DNA of 56,804 nucleotides from Akkermansiaceae bacterium (GCA_023253625.1 JALRFY010000248.1:1-56804), one strand, 5' to 3'; positions 1-8,411 are shown, counted from the first letter of the stretch. A program made the numbers and translations. Notes: generated by a model not told the origin, from the sequence alone.

Positions 1-92
1 GCCCCAGCTCGGCGAAAATCATCCGACATCATGAATCCACCCAATCAGTCATCTGAAGAAAATCACGCCGAGCTGGGGCTCGGCGCTCCCGG
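1..92. repeat. REP doublet (REPIN-like) copy 1, left arm cut by the window edge
   Basis: GCCCCAGCTCGGCG (1-14) is the reverse complement of CGCCGAGCTGGGGC (66-79). The right arm is the hairpin CGCCGAGC-TGGG-GCTCGGCG followed by CTCCC. The 51-nt spacer contains the ATG at 31. Confidence 0.85.
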
Positions 93-747
93 AGGCGCTA
101 TCGAGTATGCCGGCAAGCTGAAAGACCCGAGCGCTCCGCCGGAAGGATGGTATTCGCGCGGCTATCTGCCACATTACAGCAAACGTGAAACGCTGCAGTC
201 CGTCACCTTCCGACTTGCCGACGCGATGCCTCAATCCAAGCTGCGCCAGATCGAAAAGGAGTTGGTCGGAACACCGCCGGAAAAAATGGACGCCGCGCGC
301 AGGAAGCAAATCGAAGCTTGGCTGGACGCCGGGATTGGCTGCTGTGCGCTCCGCCATCCGGCGCTCGCGTCACTGATGCGGGAAAACCTGCTCAAGTGGG
401 AGGGTGACCGTTATCGTCTATACGCATGGTGCATCATGCCGAATCATGTGCATGTGCTGATGATGACGCACGCCGCATTGTCCAAGATCGTGCAATCATG
501 GAAATCCTTCACAGGACGATGGGCGCTGGAAAAGAATGCCGAGCTGGGGCTCGGCGTTCCCGGGAAAGCGCTATGGATGCGCGAATACTGGGACCGCTAC
601 ATCCGCGATCCGGATCATTTCGACAACGTCCGTCATTACATCGAGCAAAACCCCGTTGCCGCCCGACTATGTGCAAAGGCCGCCGACTGGCCATGGTCCA
701 GCGTCTCCGGGAGCCTCCCGGGAGCGCCGAGCCCCAGCTCGGCGTAA
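31..747 (+). CDS. rayT: REP-associated tyrosine transposase (RAYT, Y1 HUH / IS200-like)
   Basis: GWYSRGYLPH, VTFRLAD, HUH motif MPNHVH, WKSFT, W.REYWDR.IR, catalytic YIEQNP and WPWSS. Flanked by palindromic repeats. Confidence 0.92.
   Translation: MNPPNQSSEENHAELGLGAPGGAIEYAGKLKDPSAPPEGWYSRGYLPHYSKRETLQSVTFRLADAMPQSKLRQIEKELVGTPPEKMDAARRKQIEAWLDAGIGCCALRHPALASLMRENLLKWEGDRYRLYAWCIMPNHVHVLMMTHAALSKIVQSWKSFTGRWALEKNAELGLGVPGKALWMREYWDRYIRDPDHFDNVRHYIEQNPVAARLCAKAADWPWSSVSGSLPGAPSPSSA
538..564 (+). repeat. Single REP hairpin inside the RAYT coding sequence
   Basis: GCCGAGC-TGGG-GCTCGGC-GTTCCCGGG, in frame, encoding AELGLGVPG. Confidence 0.85.
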
Positions 748-820
748 ATCATCCGATATCATGAATCCACCCAATCAGTCATCTGAACAACATCGCGCCA
801 AGCTGGGGCATGGAGCTCCC
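720..820. repeat. REP doublet (REPIN-like) copy 2
   Basis: GGGAG-CGCCGAGC-CCCA-GCTCGGCG, then the spacer, then a decayed right arm. Positions 731-820 match 1-90 at 81 of 90 nt. Confidence 0.9.
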
Positions 821-829
821 TTTGCATGA
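761..829 (+). CDS. Repeat-encoded 22-aa leader ORF (MNPPNQSSEQHRAKLGHGAPFA)
   Basis: Uses the repeat ATG. Its TGA (827-829) overlaps the ATG (826) of the next ORF as ATGA. Confidence 0.35.
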   Translation: MNPPNQSSEQHRAKLGHGAPFA

Positions 830-1140
830 ACGACGCCGATTACGCGAAAGAGCGCATTTTCACGCCGGAACGCATGATCGCCGGCGGGCTATTCGTCGCA
901 TGGATCGCCATCGCATTCCGCATCGGTGGACTTCCGCTGGCGGTGCGTGCGTTTCTGCTGCTGATGGTTCCTCTCGCATTCATCTGGGTGCCTGGTTTCA
1001 TGTACCGGATCGCCGGGATCGCGGCCAAGGAATCGCTGGCGCAGGACATGCCCGTGGCCCCCTCGGTGCTGCGTGTCACAGGCTGGGCAGTGATGCTGGG
1101 CGTGCCGGTGGCGTGGCTCGTTTTTTCCCGGTTACTTTGA
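826..1140 (+). CDS. Small hypothetical membrane protein, about 3 TM segments
   Basis: 104 aa with three hydrophobic stretches. Fills the gap between repeat copy 2 and vapC. Confidence 0.7.
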   Translation: MNDADYAKERIFTPERMIAGGLFVAWIAIAFRIGGLPLAVRAFLLLMVPLAFIWVPGFMYRIAGIAAKESLAQDMPVAPSVLRVTGWAVMLGVPVAWLVFSRLL

Positions 1141-1539
1141 GCCGGGGGGCATGATGAGAGGAATCGTTTCACGACGCTTGCGACGGTAGATTCTGAAATC
1201 CCCATCCACCGTGATGACCGGATGATCGGGATACAACTCGGACATGCGTATGAGACACAAGTCCGCAAGGTCGGGATGGCGGTCCGCATAGCGATGGGCC
1301 AAGGCCGCCAATTCCGGCCGGTGGCTTTCCATATCGAAACCAAGCCGCACCAAGCCCTTGTCCAACATGGCCAGCACCAGGCCGCTGTTATTGAGGTGGT
1401 AGGCCGTTTCCGCCAGCACCGCCTCACAGGTCAGCAAGGGTTCATGCACTTGCTCGGCGATCGCACAGGCCCACGCGAAATGCCGGTCGCGGCGGTTGGC
1501 GAATGCCACCAGAAAACCGGTGTCCGCGATCGCCCTCAT
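1132..1539 (-). CDS. vapC: PIN-domain toxin, VapC family
   Basis: IADTGFLVA, LLTCEAVLAE, DLADLCL and ITVDGDF.IYR carry the PIN acidic residues. 4-nt overlap with the upstream RHH gene. Confidence 0.88.
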   Translation of the reverse strand: MRAIADTGFLVAFANRRDRHFAWACAIAEQVHEPLLTCEAVLAETAYHLNNSGLVLAMLDKGLVRLGFDMESHRPELAALAHRYADRHPDLADLCLIRMSELYPDHPVITVDGDFRIYRRKRRETIPLIMPPGSK

Positions 1540-1745
1540 TTGGTAAAACCTTTTCTGGCGCTGAGATCCGGAGCGCCGTCCACCTTCCCGGCCAGATCAA
1601 GAAACGGCTGGCGGGCCTGAGCCGTCCGCAAACGCTCCAATTGTTCCTTCACAATCCGGCCCTTGGGCAGGCCGGTGACTCGCGACTCCTCATCGAGCCA
1701 GCGGCTTAAATCTTCGGGCAGGCGTATGGTCAGTGTGTTACTCAT
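1536..1745 (-). CDS. vapB: Ribbon-helix-helix (CopG-like) antitoxin
   Basis: MSNTLTIRLPEDL..WL.E.SR.TG..KG.IV pattern, directly upstream of the PIN toxin. Start moved to the ATG at 1745. Confidence 0.8.
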   Translation of the reverse strand: MSNTLTIRLPEDLSRWLDEESRVTGLPKGRIVKEQLERLRTAQARQPFLDLAGKVDGAPDLSARKGFTK

Positions 1746-1752
1746 AAACAAA

Positions 1753-1781
1753 CTTGTAAGACAATCGACATCCTTGTGCAA
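1753..1781 (-). promoter_or_regulatory. Putative vapBC promoter with overlapping operator palindrome
   Basis: Minus strand reads TTGCAC-N17-TACAAG-N7-ATG. Palindrome TTGT-AAG-ACAA (1754-1764) overlaps the -10. Confidence 0.5.
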
Positions 1782-1810
1782 GCTGGTTTACCGGCTAGAT
1801 CTCTAGCCAA

Positions 1811-1892
1811 GACATCATGAATCCACCCAATCAGCCCCATGAAGAACATCGCGCCAAGCTGGGGCTTGGCGTTCCCGGGGGCGCTCCCGGGG
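1811..1892 (+). repeat. Repeat copy 3 (spacer plus right REP arm) forming the 5' end of xseA
   Basis: GACATCATGAATCCACCCAATCAG is identical to 25-48. Hairpin variant CGCCAAGC-TGGG-GCTTGGCG at 1852-1871. Confidence 0.88.
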
Positions 1893-3220
1893 CTTTGAGC
1901 GTCACGCAGTTGCTGCGGCGGATGAAAAACCTGCTGGAGATCCAGATCGGCGAGGTCTGGGTGGAGGGCGAGGTTTCCAACCTCCGCAAGCAGGCCAGCG
2001 GGCATTGGTATTTTTCGCTCAAGGATGAGGGCGCGCAGATTTCCTGTGCGATGTTCGGCGCGCGGCGCCGCGAGGGGGCGGACGCGCTGGTGGACGGCGC
2101 GAAGGTCAAGGTCTTTGCCGAGGCCAGCGTCTATGAGGCGCGCGGGCAGCTTCAGATCATCGTGCAAAAGGCGGAACGCGCCGGTGCGGGCGACTTGCAG
2201 GCGCGCTTCGAGGCCCTGAAGCGCAAACTCCAGGCCGAGGGCTTGTTCGATGCCGAGCGCAAACGGCCGATCCCCGGGTTTCCGAAAACCATCGGCCTCG
2301 TCACCTCCGGCAGCGGCGCGGCCTTGCAGGACATGCTCAACGTCCTGACCAGGCGCGCGCCCTGGGTCCAACCGGTGCTGTTCCCCGTGCGCGTCCAGGG
2401 CAAGGGCGCGGAGATCGAAATCGCCCGCGCCATCCGCCAGCTCGGCGAGCCGGAAAAATTCGGTCATCCACGTTGCGATGTGATCATCGTCGGCCGCGGC
2501 GGCGGCTCGATCGAGGACCTGTGGAACTTCAACGAGGAAATCGTCGCCCGAGCCATCGCCGCCTGTCCGATCCCGATCATCTCCGCGGTGGGTCACGAGA
2601 TCGATTTCACCATCGCCGACTTCGTGGCCGACCTGCGTGCGCCCACGCCCAGCGCGGCGGCCGAGCTGGCGGTCGCGGACGGCGCGGAGTTGATGGAGAA
2701 GCTCTCGCACCTGCGGCGCAGGCTGGAACGGCACGTCATCGAGCGGCTGCACCGCGCCCGCATGGCGCTCGATTCGTTGAAACGCGGTGCCCTGCAACGT
2801 GGCGGCGAGCGGCTGCTGCGCGAACCGACCATGCGTCTCGACCACCTGCGCGGACGTCTGCTTGCAGCAATGGAATCCAATCTGCAATCACTCGCCGCAA
2901 GACTAACCCATGCCCGCACGGCACACCGCGCGCACCATCCCGCGCGCGTGCTGCAACGGCGCATCGACCACGTCGCGCAACTCCGCGCCCGTTTCCACCG
3001 CGCCGGCGGACGGGTCGTTTCCGACCGCTCCGAGCGCCTCAAACACCTCGCCGGCCTGCTGCGCGCGCTCGGTCCGGAGTCCGCCTTCCAGCGCGGCTTT
3101 TCCATCACCATGGACGAACATGGGAAAATCCTGCGCTCGGTTTCCGGCATCCAGCCCGGCGCGAAGATCCACACGCGCCTCGCCGACGGCCACCTCGCCA
3201 GCCGGGTCATCGAAGAGTGA
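1817..3220 (+). CDS. xseA: Exodeoxyribonuclease VII large subunit
   Basis: VWVEGEVSN, SGHWYFSLKD, IGLVTS, GRGGGSIEDLWNFN, SAVGHEIDFTIADFVAD.RAPTPSAAAE. The first ~25 aa are repeat-derived. Confidence 0.97.
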   Translation: MNPPNQPHEEHRAKLGLGVPGGAPGALSVTQLLRRMKNLLEIQIGEVWVEGEVSNLRKQASGHWYFSLKDEGAQISCAMFGARRREGADALVDGAKVKVFAEASVYEARGQLQIIVQKAERAGAGDLQARFEALKRKLQAEGLFDAERKRPIPGFPKTIGLVTSGSGAALQDMLNVLTRRAPWVQPVLFPVRVQGKGAEIEIARAIRQLGEPEKFGHPRCDVIIVGRGGGSIEDLWNFNEEIVARAIAACPIPIISAVGHEIDFTIADFVADLRAPTPSAAAELAVADGAELMEKLSHLRRRLERHVIERLHRARMALDSLKRGALQRGGERLLREPTMRLDHLRGRLLAAMESNLQSLAARLTHARTAHRAHHPARVLQRRIDHVAQLRARFHRAGGRVVSDRSERLKHLAGLLRALGPESAFQRGFSITMDEHGKILRSVSGIQPGAKIHTRLADGHLASRVIEE

Positions 3221-3232
3221 GTTCCCCGCGCG

Positions 3233-4048
3233 TCAAATCGTGCAGATCCGCACGGCCTCGCGCAGCGCGGCGAGCTTGTCCGGCCAGGTCGGGATGAACT
3301 CCTGGCCGACGAAGCCGGTGTAGCCTGTCTCGACGATCGCGCGCATGATCGCCGGATAGTTCAGCTCCTGCGTGGCGTCGATCTCATGCCGTCCCGGCAC
3401 GCCGCCGGTGTGGTAGTGGACGAAGCATTCGTGATGCCTGCGGATGGTGGCGATCACATCGCCCTCCATCACCTGCATGTGATAGATATCATATAACAAC
3501 CCGAAGTTCGGGCTGGCAAGCCGATGGCACAACCCGATGCCCCATGCGCTGTGGTCGCACATGTAGTCCGGGTGGTCCACCTTGCTGTTGAGCAGCTCCA
3601 TCACCAGCGTGACACCGAGCTTTTCCGCCAGCGGCAGCAGCCGCTTCAAGCCGGCGGCGCAATTCTCCATGCCTTGTTCATCGGACATGCCGCGGCGGTT
3701 GCCGGGAAAGCAGATCAGCTTGTCGCCGCCCACGGCCGCCACCTCGCGCAGGCGGTTCTGATAGATCTCCACCAGCGTGTCGTGGTTTTCCATGCGGTTG
3801 AACGCGTTCTCGATGAGACCCACCACCGTGCCGTCCGGCAGTGTGGCGGTGGGGAAGCTGTAAATCGCGCATTCCAGGCCGTACTTTTCCAACACCGGCT
3901 GGTCTTGCGGATGCAGCAGTTCGATGGATTCGAGGCCCATTTCCTTTCCCGCCGCGCACATCACCTCCAGCGGGATGTCCTCGTAGCACCAGCGGCATGC
4001 GGAGTGGCGGATGCGCGGAGCGGCATTCGGCGTGTTGGCTTTATTCAT
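3233..4048 (-). CDS. Hydroxypyruvate isomerase family (xylose-isomerase-like TIM barrel)
   Basis: MELLNSKVDHPDY, LLYDIYHMQVMEGD, HYHTGGVPGRHE, GFVGQEF. Start moved to the ATG at 4048. Confidence 0.9.
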   Translation of the reverse strand: MNKANTPNAAPRIRHSACRWCYEDIPLEVMCAAGKEMGLESIELLHPQDQPVLEKYGLECAIYSFPTATLPDGTVVGLIENAFNRMENHDTLVEIYQNRLREVAAVGGDKLICFPGNRRGMSDEQGMENCAAGLKRLLPLAEKLGVTLVMELLNSKVDHPDYMCDHSAWGIGLCHRLASPNFGLLYDIYHMQVMEGDVIATIRRHHECFVHYHTGGVPGRHEIDATQELNYPAIMRAIVETGYTGFVGQEFIPTWPDKLAALREAVRICTI

Positions 4049-4074
4049 CGCTTGGACTGGCTTGAGGGCATCGG

Positions 4075-4434
4075 ATGGGCGAAGTCTGCCCATGGCTCGC
4101 GAACTCGGCAAGCCCTCCGGCAAAATCCCCTTTCCGCCGCAGGCGCTTTGAGCTAATTTCCCCCATTGCGTTTCCGCAATACCGCATCCCGATCGAGAGG
4201 CTCAAGGAGGAGTGGGCCCGGCGCATCGCATGGCAGCGGATGCGGCGCAACCGGCCACCCGTGCCGCCCTCCAAGATCACCGACAACAGCGAGCCATGGA
4301 TCCGCAATCCGTCATCGGTCGCGGAGTTCTGGGAAATCGCCTGCAAGATCAATGAAACCGTCGCGAAATGGGCACCACGACAGGAGAATTCATCGCAGGC
4401 ACTGCTGGAGAAAAGAATGATCCCTGATGCGTGA
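4075..4434 (+). CDS. Possible small hypothetical protein, start uncertain
   Basis: The only plausible frame in a ~400-nt gap. Composition is protein-like from about residue 25. No family recognised. Confidence 0.35.
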   Translation: MGEVCPWLANSASPPAKSPFRRRRFELISPIAFPQYRIPIERLKEEWARRIAWQRMRRNRPPVPPSKITDNSEPWIRNPSSVAEFWEIACKINETVAKWAPRQENSSQALLEKRMIPDA

Positions 4435-4464
4435 GACAATGCCGGTTGAAACCGCGATTTCGCC

Positions 4465-5397
4465 TCAAAGCCGCGCCTCGATGCGGGCGAGCAGATTTTC
4501 CAGATGCGGCATGGCGACACCGGCCGTTTGTCCGCGCCGCAGCGGCTCGCGCCAGATCGGGCCGACCTCGATTTCGCGGCCTTCGGTGAAATCGATCATG
4601 CTGGACGTGCGGTAAGGGCCCATCGGGCGGGTGCGGTCGATGTTGAAATCGATGAGTGAGTCATCGAGCGGATGGCCGAGGGCGCGGGCCGCGGCGATGG
4701 TTTCCGCCATCAAAGTGCGCATTTCGGCCTCGGTTTCCGCAGACGCGAGCAGGACGTCGGTGGTCACGCCGCCCTCGGCGACCGAGAGGCCGTTGAACGG
4801 GATGTTCCAGACCAGTTTTTCCCACTGTGCGCGCTCGAGATCGTCCACCGCAGTGCCGGGAATGTTCGCTTCCTTGAATCGGCGGGCGATTTCCGCAGCG
4901 CGTCCGGGCACACCGGCTTGCCATTCACCGAGCGTGATCTTGCCGCCGGCGAGGTGTTTCACGTGTCCGGGTCCGATGCGGTTGATGCAGACGAAACATT
5001 GCCCGCCGAGCACGCGCTGCGGGCCGGCGATGGCGGCGACGGCTTCGCAATTGCCAAGGCCGTTCTGCAGCGTGAGCACCTCGGTTTCACCATGCAGAAG
5101 CGGCGGCAGCACTTCCGTTAGATGGTCGTTGGCGGTGGCTTTCCAGGTGACGATGACCAGATCGACCGGACCGATTTCCTCGCTGGATTTGAAAACCTGC
5201 GGCGCGGGCAAATGGAAATTGCCATGCACGCTATCGACGCGCAGGCCATGCGATTTCAGCGCCTCGTAATCCGAACGCACGAGAAACCGGACGTCGCCGC
5301 CGGCTTCGGCAAGCCGTCCGCCGTAGTAGAGTCCCACGGCACCGGCCCCGACCACGGCGACGCTTTGAAAATTCCAGTTCACGGCCAAATCCAACAT
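4465..5397 (-). CDS. panE: 2-dehydropantoate 2-reductase
   Basis: VVGAGAVG, TLQNGLG, WEKLVWN, TSSM.D, E.E. Start could be 5397 or the GTG at 5382. Confidence 0.9.
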   Translation of the reverse strand: MLDLAVNWNFQSVAVVGAGAVGLYYGGRLAEAGGDVRFLVRSDYEALKSHGLRVDSVHGNFHLPAPQVFKSSEEIGPVDLVIVTWKATANDHLTEVLPPLLHGETEVLTLQNGLGNCEAVAAIAGPQRVLGGQCFVCINRIGPGHVKHLAGGKITLGEWQAGVPGRAAEIARRFKEANIPGTAVDDLERAQWEKLVWNIPFNGLSVAEGGVTTDVLLASAETEAEMRTLMAETIAAARALGHPLDDSLIDFNIDRTRPMGPYRTSSMIDFTEGREIEVGPIWREPLRRGQTAGVAMPHLENLLARIEARL

Positions 5398-5466
5398 CAG
5401 GCGGCGCAAGAGGCAAGTGCGGCAATTTCAGATTCCTTTCATCGCAAAAGCTTGCTAGAAGCCCGC

Positions 5467-6066
5467 ATGACCCTGGCCAGCAAAATCACGATCGGCCGGA
5501 TGCTGCTGGCCCCGGTGTTCACGCTACTGGCGGTGGCCTACGGCCGCTCCACCGCGGCGGGTGCGCCGGATGAATCGCTGCGCTGGTGGGCGCTTGGCAT
5601 CTTCGTGCTGGCGGCGGGGAGCGATGGGGTGGACGGCTGGGTGGCACGGCATTACGACCAGATTTCAAAGTTCGGCGCGTTCATCGATCCGCTCGCCGAC
5701 AAGCTCCTGCTGCTGGCCGGCGTGATCACGCTTTCGCTGGTGGATTGGGGCGTGCCCGGCTGGCGGCTTCCGCTGTGGTTTGCGATCATCGTGGTATTGC
5801 GCGATTGCATCATCCTTGGCGGCATCCGCGTGCTGCATTCTCGTGGCAAGCGCGTGCGCATCCAGCCGCACTGGAGTGGCAAATGGACCACTGCCGCGCA
5901 AATGTTCGCGCTTGGCTGGGTGATGCTGCGGGTCACCGACCTGCCGCCGGCTTGGCCCTGCGTCATCGCGGCGGTGTTCACCGCATGGTCCGCGTTCCAC
6001 TACGTGCAGCGGGGCTGGACGATCCTGCGCGCGCCGGAGACAGATTATCTGGCAGGCGGAAGTTGA
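5467..6066 (+). CDS. pgsA: CDP-alcohol phosphatidyltransferase
   Basis: D.VDG.VAR...Q.S.FGA.IDPLADK signature, multiple TM segments. Start moved to 5467. Confidence 0.88.
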   Translation: MTLASKITIGRMLLAPVFTLLAVAYGRSTAAGAPDESLRWWALGIFVLAAGSDGVDGWVARHYDQISKFGAFIDPLADKLLLLAGVITLSLVDWGVPGWRLPLWFAIIVVLRDCIILGGIRVLHSRGKRVRIQPHWSGKWTTAAQMFALGWVMLRVTDLPPAWPCVIAAVFTAWSAFHYVQRGWTILRAPETDYLAGGS

Positions 6067-6839
6067 TCGCTTGCCAGAAAGCGCGCCGTTTCCGCGGCCA
6101 GCCAGTCACGCGCCTGCCACGGCACACGATGGCCTGCGCCGGGAGCGATGGCGAGCGTGGCGCGCGGCATCGCTTCCACCGCGCGGCGGGCGAGCGCGAG
6201 AAATTTCGCGTCGTTTTCACCAGCCACCCACAGGACCGGGATGGAGATATCACGCAGCCGCTCCCACAACGGCTGCTGCGCGCCGAGCGACCAATCGACG
6301 AAGCTGCGCGCGATTTCCCGGCGGCGCATTGCCAGCGCACCCGACGCTCCCGGCGGCCGGGGAAACGCCGCACCGAGCGCCGGTTGCGCGTCCCAGGCTG
6401 ATAGAAAATCCGGCCACGGCAGACTGAGCGCGCACGTCGCCCATTCGGCATCGGCCACGCGGCGCGCCTCGCGCTCTTTCCCGTCCTCCAACCCCGGATG
6501 GGCGGAAACGATCACCGCGGCCTTCCACGGATGCGGGTTTTCCAACAGCGCGTGCAAGGCGAGCCTGCCGCCCATCGAGTAGCCTAACAGAACCTTCGGC
6601 GTGCCACGGGCATTGTCGCCCGCATCCGCGTTGAAAGCCGCGCCAAACTTGTGGATGGGCATCGGCTCGCATTCGAGAAAACGCCACAAATCCACCGCGC
6701 GGCTGCCGGTTTTCAGCTCCGCAAGGCATTTCGCGAAGTCGCGCCAGTCCGCGGCCATGCCGGCCGTGCCGTGCAGCAGCCAACACTCGAGGGAGCCAGC
6801 CTCGCGGCGTTCGTCGGCCAGTTTGGAAGATCGGATCAC
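6045..6839 (-). CDS. Alpha/beta hydrolase, MenH-like
   Basis: LLHG, GYSMGGRLAL, SAHPGL, GENDAKF and AGH.V catalytic triad motifs. Confidence 0.8.
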   Translation of the reverse strand: MIRSSKLADERREAGSLECWLLHGTAGMAADWRDFAKCLAELKTGSRAVDLWRFLECEPMPIHKFGAAFNADAGDNARGTPKVLLGYSMGGRLALHALLENPHPWKAAVIVSAHPGLEDGKEREARRVADAEWATCALSLPWPDFLSAWDAQPALGAAFPRPPGASGALAMRRREIARSFVDWSLGAQQPLWERLRDISIPVLWVAGENDAKFLALARRAVEAMPRATLAIAPGAGHRVPWQARDWLAAETARFLASDQLPPAR

Positions 6840-6885
6840 GGGCCGGAAGCCTGGGTTATCCGGATGCCTTTCTCAAGCTGCCGGT

Positions 6886-8268
6886 TCAGAAATGGATCGC
6901 GTGGCCCTCGGCGGCAAGGGTGGCCTCGTGGATTACCTCGCTCATCGTCGGATGGGCGTGGATGGTGGCGTGGATTTCCTCGGCGGTGAGTTCCTGGTCG
7001 AGCGCAAGCCCCATCTCGGCGATGAGTTCGGTGGCGTTGTCGCCGATGATGTGCGCGCCGAGCAGCTCACCGTGTTTCTTGCCATAGAGGAGTTTTGCGA
7101 AACCATCCGGCTCGCCGGCGGCGATCGCCTTGCCGATGGCGACGAAGGGGATCTTGCCGACGGTGTATTCGATGCCCTCCTCCTTGAGCGCGCGCTCGGT
7201 TTTGCCAACCGATGCGACCTGCGGGTGGCAATACGTGCAGCCGGGGAAATTCGTCACCTTGCGCGGTTTGTGGCCGTCCACGTAGAGGCCGTCCACGCAC
7301 TGCATCGCCTCGAACGAAGCGGTGTGCGCCAGCCACGGCGGGCCGGTGATGTCACCCACGGCATGGACGCCATCGATGGACGTCTGGTAGCGGTCACCCA
7401 CCTCGATGTAGCCGCGCTCGGACAGCTTCGGCTGGGTGCCGCCGGGCAAGACCGGCTGCACGCCGATCGCCACCAGGCAGACATCGGCGGAGATCGTGCC
7501 GTTTTCCTTGGGGCCCTCCACGGTCACCTCCACGCGGTCGCCGTGGTCCTTGGTGGCGGTCACCTTGTGGCCGGCGAGGCAACGGATACCCTGCTTGATG
7601 AATGATTTCTGCAGCGCCTCGCCGATCTCATCGTCCTCCACCGGCACCAGGCGGTCCATCATTTCGACCAAGGTCACCTTGGTGCCGAAGGCGTTGTAAA
7701 TGTAGGCGAACTCCACGCCGATGGCTCCCGCGCCGATGATGATCATTTCCTTGGGCTGCTTTTCGAGCACCATCGCCTCCTTCGAGCCGATCACCGATTT
7801 GCCATTGAACGGCAGGCCGGGAAGATCGCGCGTCTTGCAGCCGGTGGCGATGATGATGTGCTTCGCCTCGGCGGAACTCTTCGAGCCGTCCGCGGCGGTG
7901 ACTTCCACCTTGCCCGGCGCGACGATCGCGCCATGGCCGCGGAGGTAGTCCACCTTGTTTTTCTTGAAGAGGAATTCGATGCCGCCGGCGAGGCGGTCGG
8001 AGACCTTGCGCGAGCGGCCGATCACCGCGGACCAGTCGTATTGCAGGTTGTCGAAGGAAAAGCCGAACTCCTTGGCGCGGTGCGAAAGCGTGTGGAACAA
8101 CTCGGCGTTCTTGAGCAGCGCCTTGGTCGGGATGCAGCCCCAGTTGAGGCAGGTGCCGCCGGCGCGGTCGGCCTCGACACAGGCGACTTTTTTACCGAGC
8201 TGCGAAGCGCGGATGGCGGCAACGTAGCCGGCCGGTCCGCCACCGATGACAATGAGATCGTAGGCCAT
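6886..8268 (-). CDS. lpdA: Dihydrolipoyl dehydrogenase
   Basis: GGGPAGY, GGTCLNWGCIPTK, GAGAIGVE, HAHPTMSE. Confidence 0.97.
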   Translation of the reverse strand: MAYDLIVIGGGPAGYVAAIRASQLGKKVACVEADRAGGTCLNWGCIPTKALLKNAELFHTLSHRAKEFGFSFDNLQYDWSAVIGRSRKVSDRLAGGIEFLFKKNKVDYLRGHGAIVAPGKVEVTAADGSKSSAEAKHIIIATGCKTRDLPGLPFNGKSVIGSKEAMVLEKQPKEMIIIGAGAIGVEFAYIYNAFGTKVTLVEMMDRLVPVEDDEIGEALQKSFIKQGIRCLAGHKVTATKDHGDRVEVTVEGPKENGTISADVCLVAIGVQPVLPGGTQPKLSERGYIEVGDRYQTSIDGVHAVGDITGPPWLAHTASFEAMQCVDGLYVDGHKPRKVTNFPGCTYCHPQVASVGKTERALKEEGIEYTVGKIPFVAIGKAIAAGEPDGFAKLLYGKKHGELLGAHIIGDNATELIAEMGLALDQELTAEEIHATIHAHPTMSEVIHEATLAAEGHAIHF

Positions 8269-8411
8269 GATTCGGAAGTGGGGTGGGAGTGCGGCGCGAA
8301 ACTGCGCGGCAAGGCGCGGCTTGTCAAAGGTGGAAAATCCCGCGGGTTTTTCCGGCTTTTTTCTGCCTCGTGGCGGGATTCCCGCTGCCGCTTACAGGAC
8401 CTGGCCGCATG

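Noticed and set aside
1-1892. CRISPR array
   Set aside because: Only three long units separated by 0.6-1 kb of genes, no cas genes, and hairpins next to a RAYT fit REP elements.
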